A DNA stretch of 64,000 nucleotides from Candidatus Paceibacter sp. (GTDB lineage: Bacteria > Patescibacteriota > Minisyncoccia > UBA9983): NCBI GenBank assembly GCA_013360865.1, contig JABWAS010000003.1, positions 681 to 64,680 of the forward strand. Reading direction: 5' to 3'. The notes beneath the pieces are model-generated. The model was not told the origin of the DNA. It made no database searches and worked only from the letters and a program-made list of their open reading frames with translations. Positions 40,008-49,221 of this stretch are shown here, piece by piece (the first letter of the stretch is position 1; the number at the start of each line of letters is the position of its first letter). Made by a program: the position numbers and the translations under genes.

Positions 40008-41795
40008 ATGGAAATCAGAAATATAGCCATTATCGCCCACGTTGACCACGGCAAAACGACGCTGACCGACGCTATTATGAAGCAGTCCGGCGTAGGCGCC
40101 GAGGGTGTAAGCATGGACAGCAACGCTCTGGAACAGGAGCGCGGCATTACCATTTACGCCAAAAACACTTCCATCTCATATAAAGGAACGAAAATAAACA
40201 TCGTGGACACGCCCGGCCACGCCGACTTTGGATCCGAAGTGGAGCGGGTTTTGCGCGCCATTGATTCGGTTATTTTGGTGGTGGACGCCCAGGAAGGTCC
40301 GATGCCGCAAACCAGATTTGTTCTCAAGAAATCCCTGGAACTTGGCTTGAAGCCGATAGTGGTCATCAACAAAATAGACAAACCGGCCGCCGACCCGCAC
40401 AAGACGCACGAGCTGGTGCTGGAGCTTTTTATGGAGCTGGGCGCCAACGACCAGCAGCTGGACTTCCCCGTGGTTTACGCCATCGGCCGCGAGGGCGTGG
40501 CCAAACTTGACCTTAAAGACGAATCAAAAGATTTGTCTCCCCTTCTGGACACCGTTTTGGCCAAAGTCAAACCGGCCAACGCCAACGCTTCGTCCCAATT
40601 TGCCATGCAGCCGTTCAACCTCGGCTACGACAACTTTCTGGGCCGAATGGCCATCGGCCGGGTGCACGGCGGAACGATAAAAACCGGCGCCAACGTTTTC
40701 GTCAAAAAGCCGTCCGGCGAAACCCGTTCCGGAAAAATCACCAAAATTTTCACCTTTGAAGGTACGCAAAGAAAAGAGGCCGCTCAAGCCGAAGCCGGAG
40801 ACATCGTAATGATGGCCGGCCTGCCGGACATTTACATCGGAGAAACTATTTGCGAATCGGCCGAACTGCAACCGCTTCCGGCCATCAACGTGGACGAGCC
40901 GACCATATCACTTAATTTTCTGGTCAACGATTCGCCGCTGGCCGGACGCGACGGCAAATTCGTCACCTCCAGGCAGATAAGAGAACGGCTGGAAAAAGAG
41001 CTGGAGATAAACGTCGGCCTTCGGGTTGATTTTTCTTCCGGAGATTTCTTCAAAGTTTACGGACGGGGCGAACTGCACATCGCCGTCTTGCTGGAGAATA
41101 TGCGCCGCGAAGGATTTGAACTGCAGGTTTCCCAGCCGCAAGTCATCATTAAAGAAGAAAATGGCGAAAAATTGGAACCCTACGAAGAAGTCACCATAGA
41201 TTTGCCGGAAACAATGTCCGGCCAGGTGATAGAGACGATGGGCAAAAGAAAAGGCATCCTTTCCAACATGAAGCAAGAGCACGGCCTGATGCGCCTCGTC
41301 TTTGACGCGCCGACGCGCGGGCTCTTGGGCTATCGCAACCAGTTTATGATAGACACCCGCGGCGAAGGCATTATGTGCAGCCGGTTCGTCGGATTTAAAC
41401 CCCACGCCGGAGAGATAAGAAAAAGAGACGTCGGATCCATGACCTCCATGGCCTCGGGCAAGGTCGCCGCTTTTGCTTTGGACAATCTCCAGCAGAGAGG
41501 CATTCTTTACGTCGGCCCGGGGACGGAAGTATATGAAGGTATGATAGTTGGCAACACCTCCAAAGGCGACGAGTTGGCCGTCAATCCGGTCAAAGGCAAG
41601 CAGCTCACCAACGTGCGCATGGGCGGCCAAGCCGACGAGAAAATAATTCTCGCTCCACCGCTGGAAGTTTCTCTGGAACGCGGACTGGAGATAATGAACG
41701 AAGACGAATATCTGGAAATCACGCCCAAAAACATCCGCCTGCGCAAGCAGTATCTCAAAGAAAGCGAACGCAAAAACGCGAAGCGGGATAAATAA
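40008..41795 (+). CDS. typA: GTPase TypA/BipA
   Basis: RNIAIIAHVDHGKTT, ERGITI, DTPGHADF, GRGELH, PTRGLLG, EITPKNIRLRK. Confidence 0.97.
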   Translation: MEIRNIAIIAHVDHGKTTLTDAIMKQSGVGAEGVSMDSNALEQERGITIYAKNTSISYKGTKINIVDTPGHADFGSEVERVLRAIDSVILVVDAQEGPMPQTRFVLKKSLELGLKPIVVINKIDKPAADPHKTHELVLELFMELGANDQQLDFPVVYAIGREGVAKLDLKDESKDLSPLLDTVLAKVKPANANASSQFAMQPFNLGYDNFLGRMAIGRVHGGTIKTGANVFVKKPSGETRSGKITKIFTFEGTQRKEAAQAEAGDIVMMAGLPDIYIGETICESAELQPLPAINVDEPTISLNFLVNDSPLAGRDGKFVTSRQIRERLEKELEINVGLRVDFSSGDFFKVYGRGELHIAVLLENMRREGFELQVSQPQVIIKEENGEKLEPYEEVTIDLPETMSGQVIETMGKRKGILSNMKQEHGLMRLVFDAPTRGLLGYRNQFMIDTRGEGIMCSRFVGFKPHAGEIRKRDVGSMTSMASGKVAAFALDNLQQRGILYVGPGTEVYEGMIVGNTSKGDELAVNPVKGKQLTNVRMGGQADEKIILAPPLEVSLERGLEIMNEDEYLEITPKNIRLRKQYLKESERKNAKRDK

Positions 41796-41815
41796 AATGC
41801 TATACTAACTGATGT

Positions 41816-42493
41816 ATGGCGACTTACAAAACCAAGCTCATCAAAAAAGAGGAAGTGGCGGAGGGAACGATGTCTTTTTATTTTGAAAAGCCGGAGAAGT
41901 TCAAGTTTATCGCCGGGCAGTATCTGGAATTCAGCCATATCAAACCGGCGGAGACGGACAGCGAGGGCAACAACCGCTTTTTCTCCATCGCCAGCGCGCC
42001 GTATGAAAACAATATAATGATAGCCACCCGCATGAGAGACACGGCGTTTAAGCGGGTGCTCAAAAATCTGCCCATTGGTTCGGAAATAATAATAAACGGT
42101 CCGCACGGATTTTTTTACCTCCATAAAGACGCCTCCCGACCGGCCGTTTTCCTCATTGGCGGCATTGGCATCACGCCGGTTTCCAGTATTCTAAAAAACG
42201 CCGTCAAGGAAAGACTGCCCCATAAATTGTTTTTGTTTTACTCCAACAAGCGGCCGGAGGACACGGCTTTTCTTAGAGAATTACAAAATCTGGAAAAAGA
42301 AAATCCAGCCTTTAAACTTGTCGCCACCATGACAGATCTGGAAAAGTCGGCGCAAAAATGGCAGGGAGAAACCGGATTTATAAACGTGGAAATGATAAGA
42401 AAATATGTAGGCGATTTAAATTTGATGAAACTTCTGGAAGAAAACGGGGTTAAGAAAAAAGATATGGTGTCGGAAGAATTTGCGGGATACTAG
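41816..42493 (+). CDS. FAD/NAD(P)-binding oxidoreductase (FNR-like), apparently missing the C-terminal (C/A)GP motif
   Basis: AGQY, RFFSIAS, GPHG, GGIGITP, LFYSN, EEFAGY. Confidence 0.88.
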   Translation: MATYKTKLIKKEEVAEGTMSFYFEKPEKFKFIAGQYLEFSHIKPAETDSEGNNRFFSIASAPYENNIMIATRMRDTAFKRVLKNLPIGSEIIINGPHGFFYLHKDASRPAVFLIGGIGITPVSSILKNAVKERLPHKLFLFYSNKRPEDTAFLRELQNLEKENPAFKLVATMTDLEKSAQKWQGETGFINVEMIRKYVGDLNLMKLLEENGVKKKDMVSEEFAGY

Positions 42494-42497
42494 CTCA

Positions 42498-42613
42498 TGT
42501 CGCGGGGAATTAATATCGTTTGCGACGCCTTTCGCAGCGCGACGGCGCGAGAAGAGCAAATTTTCAGCAGAAAATTATGCGAGCCGAGCAAATGATGTTA
42601 ATTCCTCGCGACA
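42498..42613 (+). repeat. 83-bp structured repeat, copy 2 (core 42515-42597) with locus-specific inverted arms
   Basis: Core identical to 12540-12622; arms TGTCGCGGGGAATTAAT/GTTAATTCCTCGCGACA. Confidence 0.9.
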
Positions 42614-42669
42614 AGTTTTTTGCGCTTTTGTTCGCTTTTACTTTTATTAAAACTTAGTATAATAAACAT

Positions 42670-42921
42670 ATGTTCGACAAACTAAAACAACTCAATGAAT
42701 TGCGGAAAATGAAGAACGCCATCCAGGCGGAGACGGTCACGGCTGAGAGAAACGGGGTTAAAATAACAATAAACGGCAGCTTCAACGTGGAAGACCTTTC
42801 CGTTTCACCGGAGGCCAAACAAGGCTCCGGACTGGAGAAAGATTTGCGCGCCTGCTTCAACGACGCGGTGGGCAAAATCCAAGCAACATTGGCGCAGAAA
42901 TTTTCCTCAATGATGCAGTAG
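42670..42921 (+). CDS. ybaB: YbaB/EbfC nucleoid-associated protein
   Basis: MFDKLKQL, GVKITING, CFNDAV pattern; 83 aa. Confidence 0.85.
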   Translation: MFDKLKQLNELRKMKNAIQAETVTAERNGVKITINGSFNVEDLSVSPEAKQGSGLEKDLRACFNDAVGKIQATLAQKFSSMMQ

Positions 42922-42946
42922 CGCCAAGCCAATAAGAAAAAAACAA

Positions 42947-44150
42947 ATGTTCTACCTGCTAATATATTCCCTGCTTCAGACGATAGGATTCTTCATTTTA
43001 GTCGTGGCGGCCATCGCCTTGCTGACGATAATATTGCTTTCCGTTTCCCGCCGGTTATATTGTGGTGCTTGTCGGGGTTTTCCTCCTGTTCTTCTCCACG
43101 CAAGAAGCGCCCCGCCAGCTTAAATTTCCCCTGATGCTTAAAACTTTCGGCCCGGCCGGCGGCCCCGAGTTGCCGATTAAAAGCGTCTTTACCTTTCTTA
43201 AAAATATAAATAATTTTGAGCGGGTGGATATCGCCCGCGACCCGGCCGACATCCCGCCGCCGATAAACAGAAAAGAACCAACGGAAGTCAAAGTGGAAAT
43301 TGAAACCAAAGAAGTCATCGCAGAAATAGCGCCGGGAGTGTATTTCAATTACTGGACTTTCGGCGGGCAGGTGCCCGGGCCGTTTGTCCGCGTCCGCGAA
43401 GGCGACACCGTGGCTTTGACTTTAAAGAACAACCCCTCCAGCCTTCATCACCACAGCATCGACCTGCACGCCGTCAACGGGCCGGGCGGCGGAGCAACGG
43501 TCACTATGGTCGCCCCGGGCGAATCTAAAACGTTCAGATTCAAAGCGCTGAATCCCGGACTTTACGTTTACCACTGCGCTTACCCCAACGTCGGCACCCA
43601 CATGGCGCACGGAATGTATGGGATGATTTTGGTGGAACCGAAAGAAGGCTTGCCTCCGGTGGACAAGGAATTCTACGTAATGCAGGGCGAGTTTTACAGC
43701 GCCGGACGGCTCGGTAAAAAAGGATTGCAGGTTTTTGACGCCGGAAAGATGGTGGACAACCATCCGGAATACATAGTTTTTAACGGCAAAACGAAATCAA
43801 TCAACGGCAACATCAAAGCCAACGTCGGCGAGAAAATAAGATTTTTTGTCGGCAACGGCGGCGTCAACCTCATCTCCTCTTTTCATTTAATCGGCGAAAT
43901 TTTTGATAAAGTTTATCCGGAAGGAGCCGTCGGTTCAGAACCGTTCGCCAACGTGCAGACTACGGCCGTTCCCGCCGGAGGCGCAACTATTGCCGAGTTC
44001 AAACTTGATTATCCGGGCAAATACATCCTGGTTGACCACGCTTTGGCCAGATTGGACAAAGGCGCCTGGGGCGTGATGGAAGCGTCGGGCGAAGCAAACA
44101 AAGAAATTTTTGACGGGGAAATGGGCAACCTTGAAGAAAGCGGGCATTAA
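42947..44150 (+). CDS. nirK: Copper-containing nitrite reductase with N-terminal membrane anchor (frameshift near 43050; main ORF from 43062)
   Basis: WTFGGQVPGP, HSIDLHA, YHCA, HMAHGM, SSFHLIGE, VDHAL: type-1 and type-2 Cu ligands plus catalytic Asp/His. Confidence 0.92.
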
Positions 44151-44159
44151 ACTTGGAAG

Positions 44160-44205
44160 AAACTTGGAAGCGAGACTTCCGATTGGAAGTCTCGCTTCCA
44201 AGTTT
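44160..44205. repeat. REP-like nested double palindrome E
   Basis: AAACTTGGAAG-cgaga-CTTCC gatt GGAAG-tctcg-CTTCCAAGTTT. Confidence 0.85.
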
Positions 44206-44217
44206 AAATCTCGTAAA

Positions 44218-44249
44218 TAAAACCCAGCCACGAATATGGCTGGGTTTTA
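44218..44249. terminator. Bidirectional terminator between nirK and the RRM gene
   Basis: AAAACCCAGCCA-cgaata-TGGCTGGGTTTT. Confidence 0.75.
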
Positions 44250-44260
44250 TTTTGAGGAGA

Positions 44261-44584
44261 TTAGTAAGCGTTGTCGGATCTGTATCCTCTGCCGCCTCTG
44301 TCGCCAAATGACCTTCTCGGTCTGGCGCTTCCCTCTTCCTTCGGCTTGGCGATGTTGACTATCAACGTTCTGCCGCCGAAATCCTTCTCGTTGAACAATT
44401 CAATGGCCTTGTTGGCCTCTTCGGCCGTAGCCATTTCCACGAATCCGAATCCTCTTGACCTGTTGGTCATTTTGTCCATTATAACGCTGGCGGAAACGAC
44501 GTTTCCGGCTCCGGCGAAATAATCTTTGAGTTCCTGGTCGGTGGTCGCGTAAGGAAGGCCTCCCACGTACAATTTAGTACTCAC
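44261..44584 (-). CDS. RRM (RNP-1) RNA-binding protein
   Basis: RNP2 LYVGGL, RNP1 RGFGFVEM, Gly/Arg tail. Confidence 0.95.
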   Translation of the reverse strand: MSTKLYVGGLPYATTDQELKDYFAGAGNVVSASVIMDKMTNRSRGFGFVEMATAEEANKAIELFNEKDFGGRTLIVNIAKPKEEGSARPRRSFGDRGGRGYRSDNAY

Positions 44585-44821
44585 TTGATTGCATTTATAC
44601 TATACTTATAAAAATCTGCGGTAAGACCTTTGTCGCGAACTTGTCCGCTCGAGGCGGAAATAACGAACACCGACAGACAAAAACCAGTATAGCACAACAT
44701 CGCACGGTTGCCAAGTCCCATTTAAAAACATATAATAAGGGCGTGGTGAAAGCAGAATAAAAGGCGATAATTATCAATAAGCCTTGTTGTCGTCAGGCAG
44801 ACGCCAAGGCGCGAAAAATAA

Positions 44822-45604
44822 ATGGACAAAAAAATAAAAAACTATTTGGGCATCAGCGCGATAGTGGCCATGGTCATAGCGGCCGTTTCCACCCTCGTCT
44901 TCGCCAACATATATTCCAAATCCATACAGCCTTCTTCTTACCGCAGCTTCTCCGTTTCCGCCGAAGACAAGGCGACGGCCGTTCCGGACGTGGCCCAGTT
45001 TTCCTTTAGCGTGATATCGCAGGGAGGCAAAGACATCGCGACTTTGCAAAAAGAAAACTCGGAGAAAACCAACCGGGCCATCGGCGTGGCCAAAGCCAGC
45101 GGCGTGGAAGATAAGGACATCAAGACCGCCGTTTACAACGTGGAGCCGAGATATCAGTTCTTTACCTGCCCCAACGGCAGGAACAACAAGACAGCCGAAC
45201 CGTGTCCTCCGCCGGAAATCGTCGGATACACGGTGACACAGAGCGTTTCCGTCAAAGTAAGAAATTTTGAGAAGACAAGCGAAATTCTTTCAGGAATTAT
45301 CCAAAGCGGAGTCAATTCCGTTTCCCAGCTTTCCTTTACCATAGACGATCCGGCAGTTCTGGAAAATCAGGCCCGCGGCGGCGCCATCGCTAAAGCCATT
45401 GCCAAAGCGGAAAGCATGGCCGAAGCCGGAAACTTCAAACTCGGGCGGCTTCTTTCCATCAGCGAGGGTGGATTCATTCCCAGATTTGGCTTTGAGAAAG
45501 CGGCTTTCGGCATGGGCGGAGACACTGATTCAAATCCTCCGCAAATAGAACCAGGCTCGCAGGAAATTACCGTCAACGTTGTCCTGACTTACGAGATAAG
45601 ATAA
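44822..45604 (+). CDS. SIMPL/DUF541 domain protein
   Basis: AVPDVAQF, GVEDKDIKT, GYTV, AIAKAIAKA, IEPGSQEI. Confidence 0.9.
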   Translation: MDKKIKNYLGISAIVAMVIAAVSTLVFANIYSKSIQPSSYRSFSVSAEDKATAVPDVAQFSFSVISQGGKDIATLQKENSEKTNRAIGVAKASGVEDKDIKTAVYNVEPRYQFFTCPNGRNNKTAEPCPPPEIVGYTVTQSVSVKVRNFEKTSEILSGIIQSGVNSVSQLSFTIDDPAVLENQARGGAIAKAIAKAESMAEAGNFKLGRLLSISEGGFIPRFGFEKAAFGMGGDTDSNPPQIEPGSQEITVNVVLTYEIR

Positions 45605-45606
45605 TA

Positions 45607-45649
45607 AAACAAAAAAACAACTCCGCTTAACGGGGTTGTTTTTTTGTTT
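45607..45649. terminator. Bidirectional terminator
   Basis: AAACAAAAAAACAACTCCG-cttaa-CGGGGTTGTTTTTTTGTTT. Confidence 0.7.
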
Positions 45650-45664
45650 ACTGTTTGACATCAG

Positions 45665-46081
45665 CTACTTCTTGCTTTCTCTGATTTTAATCCTTACTTT
45701 CTTTTCCGCTTTTTCTTCGGCTTTTGGCATCACGATTTTCAGCACGCCCTTTTCATAAGACGCTTCTACTTTGTCTTCTTTAACGGCAACGGGCAGTCTG
45801 ACCACTCGATCAAAAGAACCCGTTCTTATTTCCTTCCGCCAATAATCTTTGCCTTTCTCTTCTTTCTTTTCTTCCGTATGGCCGCTTATCTCCAAAACGT
45901 CGTTGCGGACGGAAATTTCCACCTTGCTCGGGTCAATACCCGGCAGACTAACCTCCGCCACCACATCTTTCTCCGTCTCGTAAACATCCATTGACGGCCG
46001 CCCTCCGCCGACAAGAGGGGCGAAAAATTCGTCATCAAAAAAGCGGTCCATATCAAACGGCTTCCATGGTATTATCGCCAT
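45665..46081 (-). CDS. Hsp20 small heat-shock protein
   Basis: PSMDVYET, LPGI, GSFDRVVRLP, ASYEKGVLKIVMPK. Confidence 0.95.
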   Translation of the reverse strand: MAIIPWKPFDMDRFFDDEFFAPLVGGGRPSMDVYETEKDVVAEVSLPGIDPSKVEISVRNDVLEISGHTEEKKEEKGKDYWRKEIRTGSFDRVVRLPVAVKEDKVEASYEKGVLKIVMPKAEEKAEKKVRIKIRESKK

Positions 46082-46141
46082 ATTTTTATGATAAATTAAG
46101 GTTTATAATAAAAAGCGACCTTTTTGTAATATAATAAAACT

Positions 46142-46360
46142 ATGAAAATTTCTGTCAAAGTCAAACCCCGGGCCAAAAAAGAGTCCGTGGAAAAAATAAG
46201 CGAAACGGAATTCGTGGTTTCCGTCAAAGAACCGCCCGTTGACGGCCGCGCCAACTGGGCCGTCTGCCGCGCGCTGGGCGATTACTTCGGCGTCTCCCCC
46301 TCCCGCGTCAGCATCCTTTCCGGCCAATCCGGGAAAAATAAGGTGGTGGAGATAAAGTAA
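46142..46360 (+). CDS. DUF167/YggU family protein
   Basis: VKVKPRAK, VKEPPVDGRAN, G.SGKNKVVEI. Confidence 0.9.
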   Translation: MKISVKVKPRAKKESVEKISETEFVVSVKEPPVDGRANWAVCRALGDYFGVSPSRVSILSGQSGKNKVVEIK

Positions 46361-46428
46361 GTTATTTCAAAACGGCAATCAGCGCGGGAATAATGTTTGA
46401 GGATTTAAGAAATGGTATAATTATTAAG

Positions 46429-48237
46429 ATGAATAAAAATACTAAATTTATCTTTGGTTTTTTAATTTTTTTCTCTTTAATTTTTTCTTTTAATTCGGCC
46501 GAAGCAGGTTTTTTTGATTGGTTTTCCCGATTCTTCGGCAAGAACGATAAAAGTGCTAAAGAAGAAGTTGTTTTGCCCAAATATTATCGCCTCGACGTTT
46601 CTAGTGTTGGCTCCGGAACGGTGATAATTAACGAAGGAAAAATGAGTTGCGGCAAAGAATGCAGAAAAATATTCCCCGAAAAAATGATAATCGAATTAAC
46701 CGCCAAACCGGACATCAATTATTTTTTCAAAAACTGGTCTGGCTGCGATTCGCCTCTTAACGAAACCTGCGAAATTGAGATGAATAAAAGCAAATACGTG
46801 ATAGCCAATTTTTCCAAAAAGAAAAACGTCGTAAGCTCATGGCAATCAAACAGTTCTAAAATCACATCCTCTTCGTTTTCGCAAAAAAGTTCAAGCGAAT
46901 CATCTGCCGCTTCTTCAAAAACATCTAGTTCTAAAATCTACTATTCAAGTAAAAGCAGTAGCTCTTTTTACAATAAGCAAATACAAAATTCCAGCGAAGC
47001 GGCCAGGCCAGTTTTTATAAAGTCAAGCAGCCCAAGCTCAAGCAGTAGTAATTTATTTCCTGTTTCCTCATCTGGAACTAAGGATACAAAAACGGGACAG
47101 TGTTCAAGTATTTTTAGTAATGGGTCTACTGACAGGAAAATCAATATATATTTTTACGAAAACGGTTTCAATCAAAAGATAAATACTTACGACACTTATG
47201 TTGAGAAAGTTATTGCCGCAACCTTTAGTGGCAGTTTTGGCGGTGATAATTTCCCCGGCGTTGAACCTTTTAAAACACTTAGGAACGAGTTTAATGTTTT
47301 TTCTTACAAAGATGAAGCTAATCTCAGTGATGGTAGTTGTTGGCCGCCGTCGCAGAGTTGTAACTCCTCAACAATAAGATTGGAACTGTCTGCTAAATGC
47401 GCTGGTTTTGTGCCAACACCTGATTTTCTAAGCAATAATGGTAATTATAATATAATTGTTGTCCCATTTGATGGCGCAAGAACAGGAACCAGTAGAGCTG
47501 TAAAACGACTGGATTCAAAAACTATCAGGATAGGTTCCAGTGATATTATTTACCACAATGTTAATGATATAAAATCGGAAATGACATCTATTGTGCACGA
47601 ATTTGGACACATTATCGGTTTATTCGATGAAGAATACTCATACTATGATCCCTATTTAGGAGCAGCCACCATGTATCCTAACGTTGACAGCGCTTCTTGT
47701 ACCAAATGGTGCGGTGGCGTTGATAAACAATCTTCTTGTTATGAACGTTACTCCGGATGGGTTGATTGTTTTAAGGAAAAATTTGTAAATAATGGCGCGG
47801 AGATTAAGTCTATTTTAGAGGTAAATAATTTAAATTATACTGCGCCTGATTTTAGTTGGTGGGGCACTTGTTTTGATATAAAACACATTAATATCTGCGG
47901 GGGAAAAATAAAAGAAATTGTAGAGAAAAAAATTAATCCTGCCGCCTATGGCCTAAATCAATCACCCGATCCCGACTGGGTTTCAAATTGGGAATATTGC
48001 AAGAATCAATTTACTGATGTTTGGGGCAGTAGCGCCTGCAATCTTGGTTTGAACTGCGGTGAAAACGGATGTTACGCCGGACAGTCACTTTCAAAATTTA
48101 CACCGTCGCCTGAAAATAGTTATCTTATGGGAAATAACTATGGCTTACAATCCAAGTTTAACAAGCATGATGAGGATATTTTAAGATATAACATCCTTAA
48201 CAAAGTAAGATATATTGATGTAGAGAATCCTGAATAA
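46429..48237 (+). CDS. Secreted Cys-rich zincin (M64-like) with InlB-B-like repeat and Ser-rich linker
   Basis: Signal peptide; GSGTV..C..C..LTAKP..FKNWSGC repeat; Ser-rich tract; EPFKT..FNV; VHEFGH..L.DEE. Confidence 0.65.
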   Translation: MNKNTKFIFGFLIFFSLIFSFNSAEAGFFDWFSRFFGKNDKSAKEEVVLPKYYRLDVSSVGSGTVIINEGKMSCGKECRKIFPEKMIIELTAKPDINYFFKNWSGCDSPLNETCEIEMNKSKYVIANFSKKKNVVSSWQSNSSKITSSSFSQKSSSESSAASSKTSSSKIYYSSKSSSSFYNKQIQNSSEAARPVFIKSSSPSSSSSNLFPVSSSGTKDTKTGQCSSIFSNGSTDRKINIYFYENGFNQKINTYDTYVEKVIAATFSGSFGGDNFPGVEPFKTLRNEFNVFSYKDEANLSDGSCWPPSQSCNSSTIRLELSAKCAGFVPTPDFLSNNGNYNIIVVPFDGARTGTSRAVKRLDSKTIRIGSSDIIYHNVNDIKSEMTSIVHEFGHIIGLFDEEYSYYDPYLGAATMYPNVDSASCTKWCGGVDKQSSCYERYSGWVDCFKEKFVNNGAEIKSILEVNNLNYTAPDFSWWGTCFDIKHINICGGKIKEIVEKKINPAAYGLNQSPDPDWVSNWEYCKNQFTDVWGSSACNLGLNCGENGCYAGQSLSKFTPSPENSYLMGNNYGLQSKFNKHDEDILRYNILNKVRYIDVENPE

Positions 48238-48272
48238 ATAAAACCAAGTGATTGTAAATATTCAAGCCGTTT

Positions 48273-49211
48273 TTATTTTAAGCTAAAAACGGCAATCAGG
48301 TTGGAAACGTGCACGAATTTGATGACCCGCAAAATATAAAATAAAGCCTTTAATCTGCCGCCTTTGAAGCCGTTTATTTTGTATCCCAACGACTCGTTTA
48401 TTATCCCCGCCTGCTTCGGCAATAAATCTTTTTTGAAACGCGAAACCATACGGACGTATTCTTTCAAAAAAACGCCTAGTTTTTCCGAATAGGTTTCGTC
48501 TTTAAAAATTTTTATTTTATCTTCCAGTTTGCTTTTTTCTATCCTATCAAGATATATCAGCACCGCGTCAACGTCGTAGAGAACCGCCTTGATGGCGTAT
48601 TTGACTCCCTTTTTCCACAAAACCGGAAACGGCCACATTATTAAGGAAACAATGGAAAAATATTGCGGGATCAGTATTCCTTTTAACTTTTCCCAACCCG
48701 TGCCTTGGACTTTTATTTCTCTGGTAATGTCCCTGCCCCAATAAACTTTTCCGTCCCGTTTGAAGTTCAAGAAAACGGAGTATTGCGAAGCGAAAAGATT
48801 GGCTCCTAGAGCGACACCCTTTTTAAGCACCTTGCCGTTTACCCAGTCCAAGTCGTTTGGCCCGTAAACGAAAAGCGGCGCGAACAGCGGCGTTTTGGAT
48901 TCTATTGATTTAAAAACTTTTTCCACGCCGGTTTTGGCCTCTTTGGCGCACACTTTTTGAAACTCGGTGCCGTATTTCTCGTCCAGTTTCCAAAAAATTT
49001 CGGTGGCGTAATTTTTTATTTCTTCCACATTTCCGTCGGATTTTGTCTGAATGAGCAGGTCAATATCGGAAGCGCCTTTTACAAACTCCCCTCTGGCCGC
49101 TGAGCCGTAAAGGATAATGAAGTCAATATCATCGTTAAACTTCCGCCCAACATTATCGGATAATTCCCGGACGAAATTATCAATTAAAATCTGATCTTGT
49201 TGATTGAACAT
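48273..49211 (-). CDS. Nucleotidyltransferase (Pol-beta/MNT-like) domain protein with long C-terminal region
   Basis: ILYGSAARGEF and SDIDLLI. Confidence 0.8.
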   Translation of the reverse strand: MFNQQDQILIDNFVRELSDNVGRKFNDDIDFIILYGSAARGEFVKGASDIDLLIQTKSDGNVEEIKNYATEIFWKLDEKYGTEFQKVCAKEAKTGVEKVFKSIESKTPLFAPLFVYGPNDLDWVNGKVLKKGVALGANLFASQYSVFLNFKRDGKVYWGRDITREIKVQGTGWEKLKGILIPQYFSIVSLIMWPFPVLWKKGVKYAIKAVLYDVDAVLIYLDRIEKSKLEDKIKIFKDETYSEKLGVFLKEYVRMVSRFKKDLLPKQAGIINESLGYKINGFKGGRLKALFYILRVIKFVHVSNLIAVFSLK

Positions 49212-49221
49212 CTTTATAATA

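Noticed and set aside
48273-49211. NTase as the CCA-adding enzyme for the CCA-less tRNAs
   Set aside because: Its motif is MNT/Pol-beta class I-like, not bacterial class II CCA (GGxVRD, DxD, RRD).
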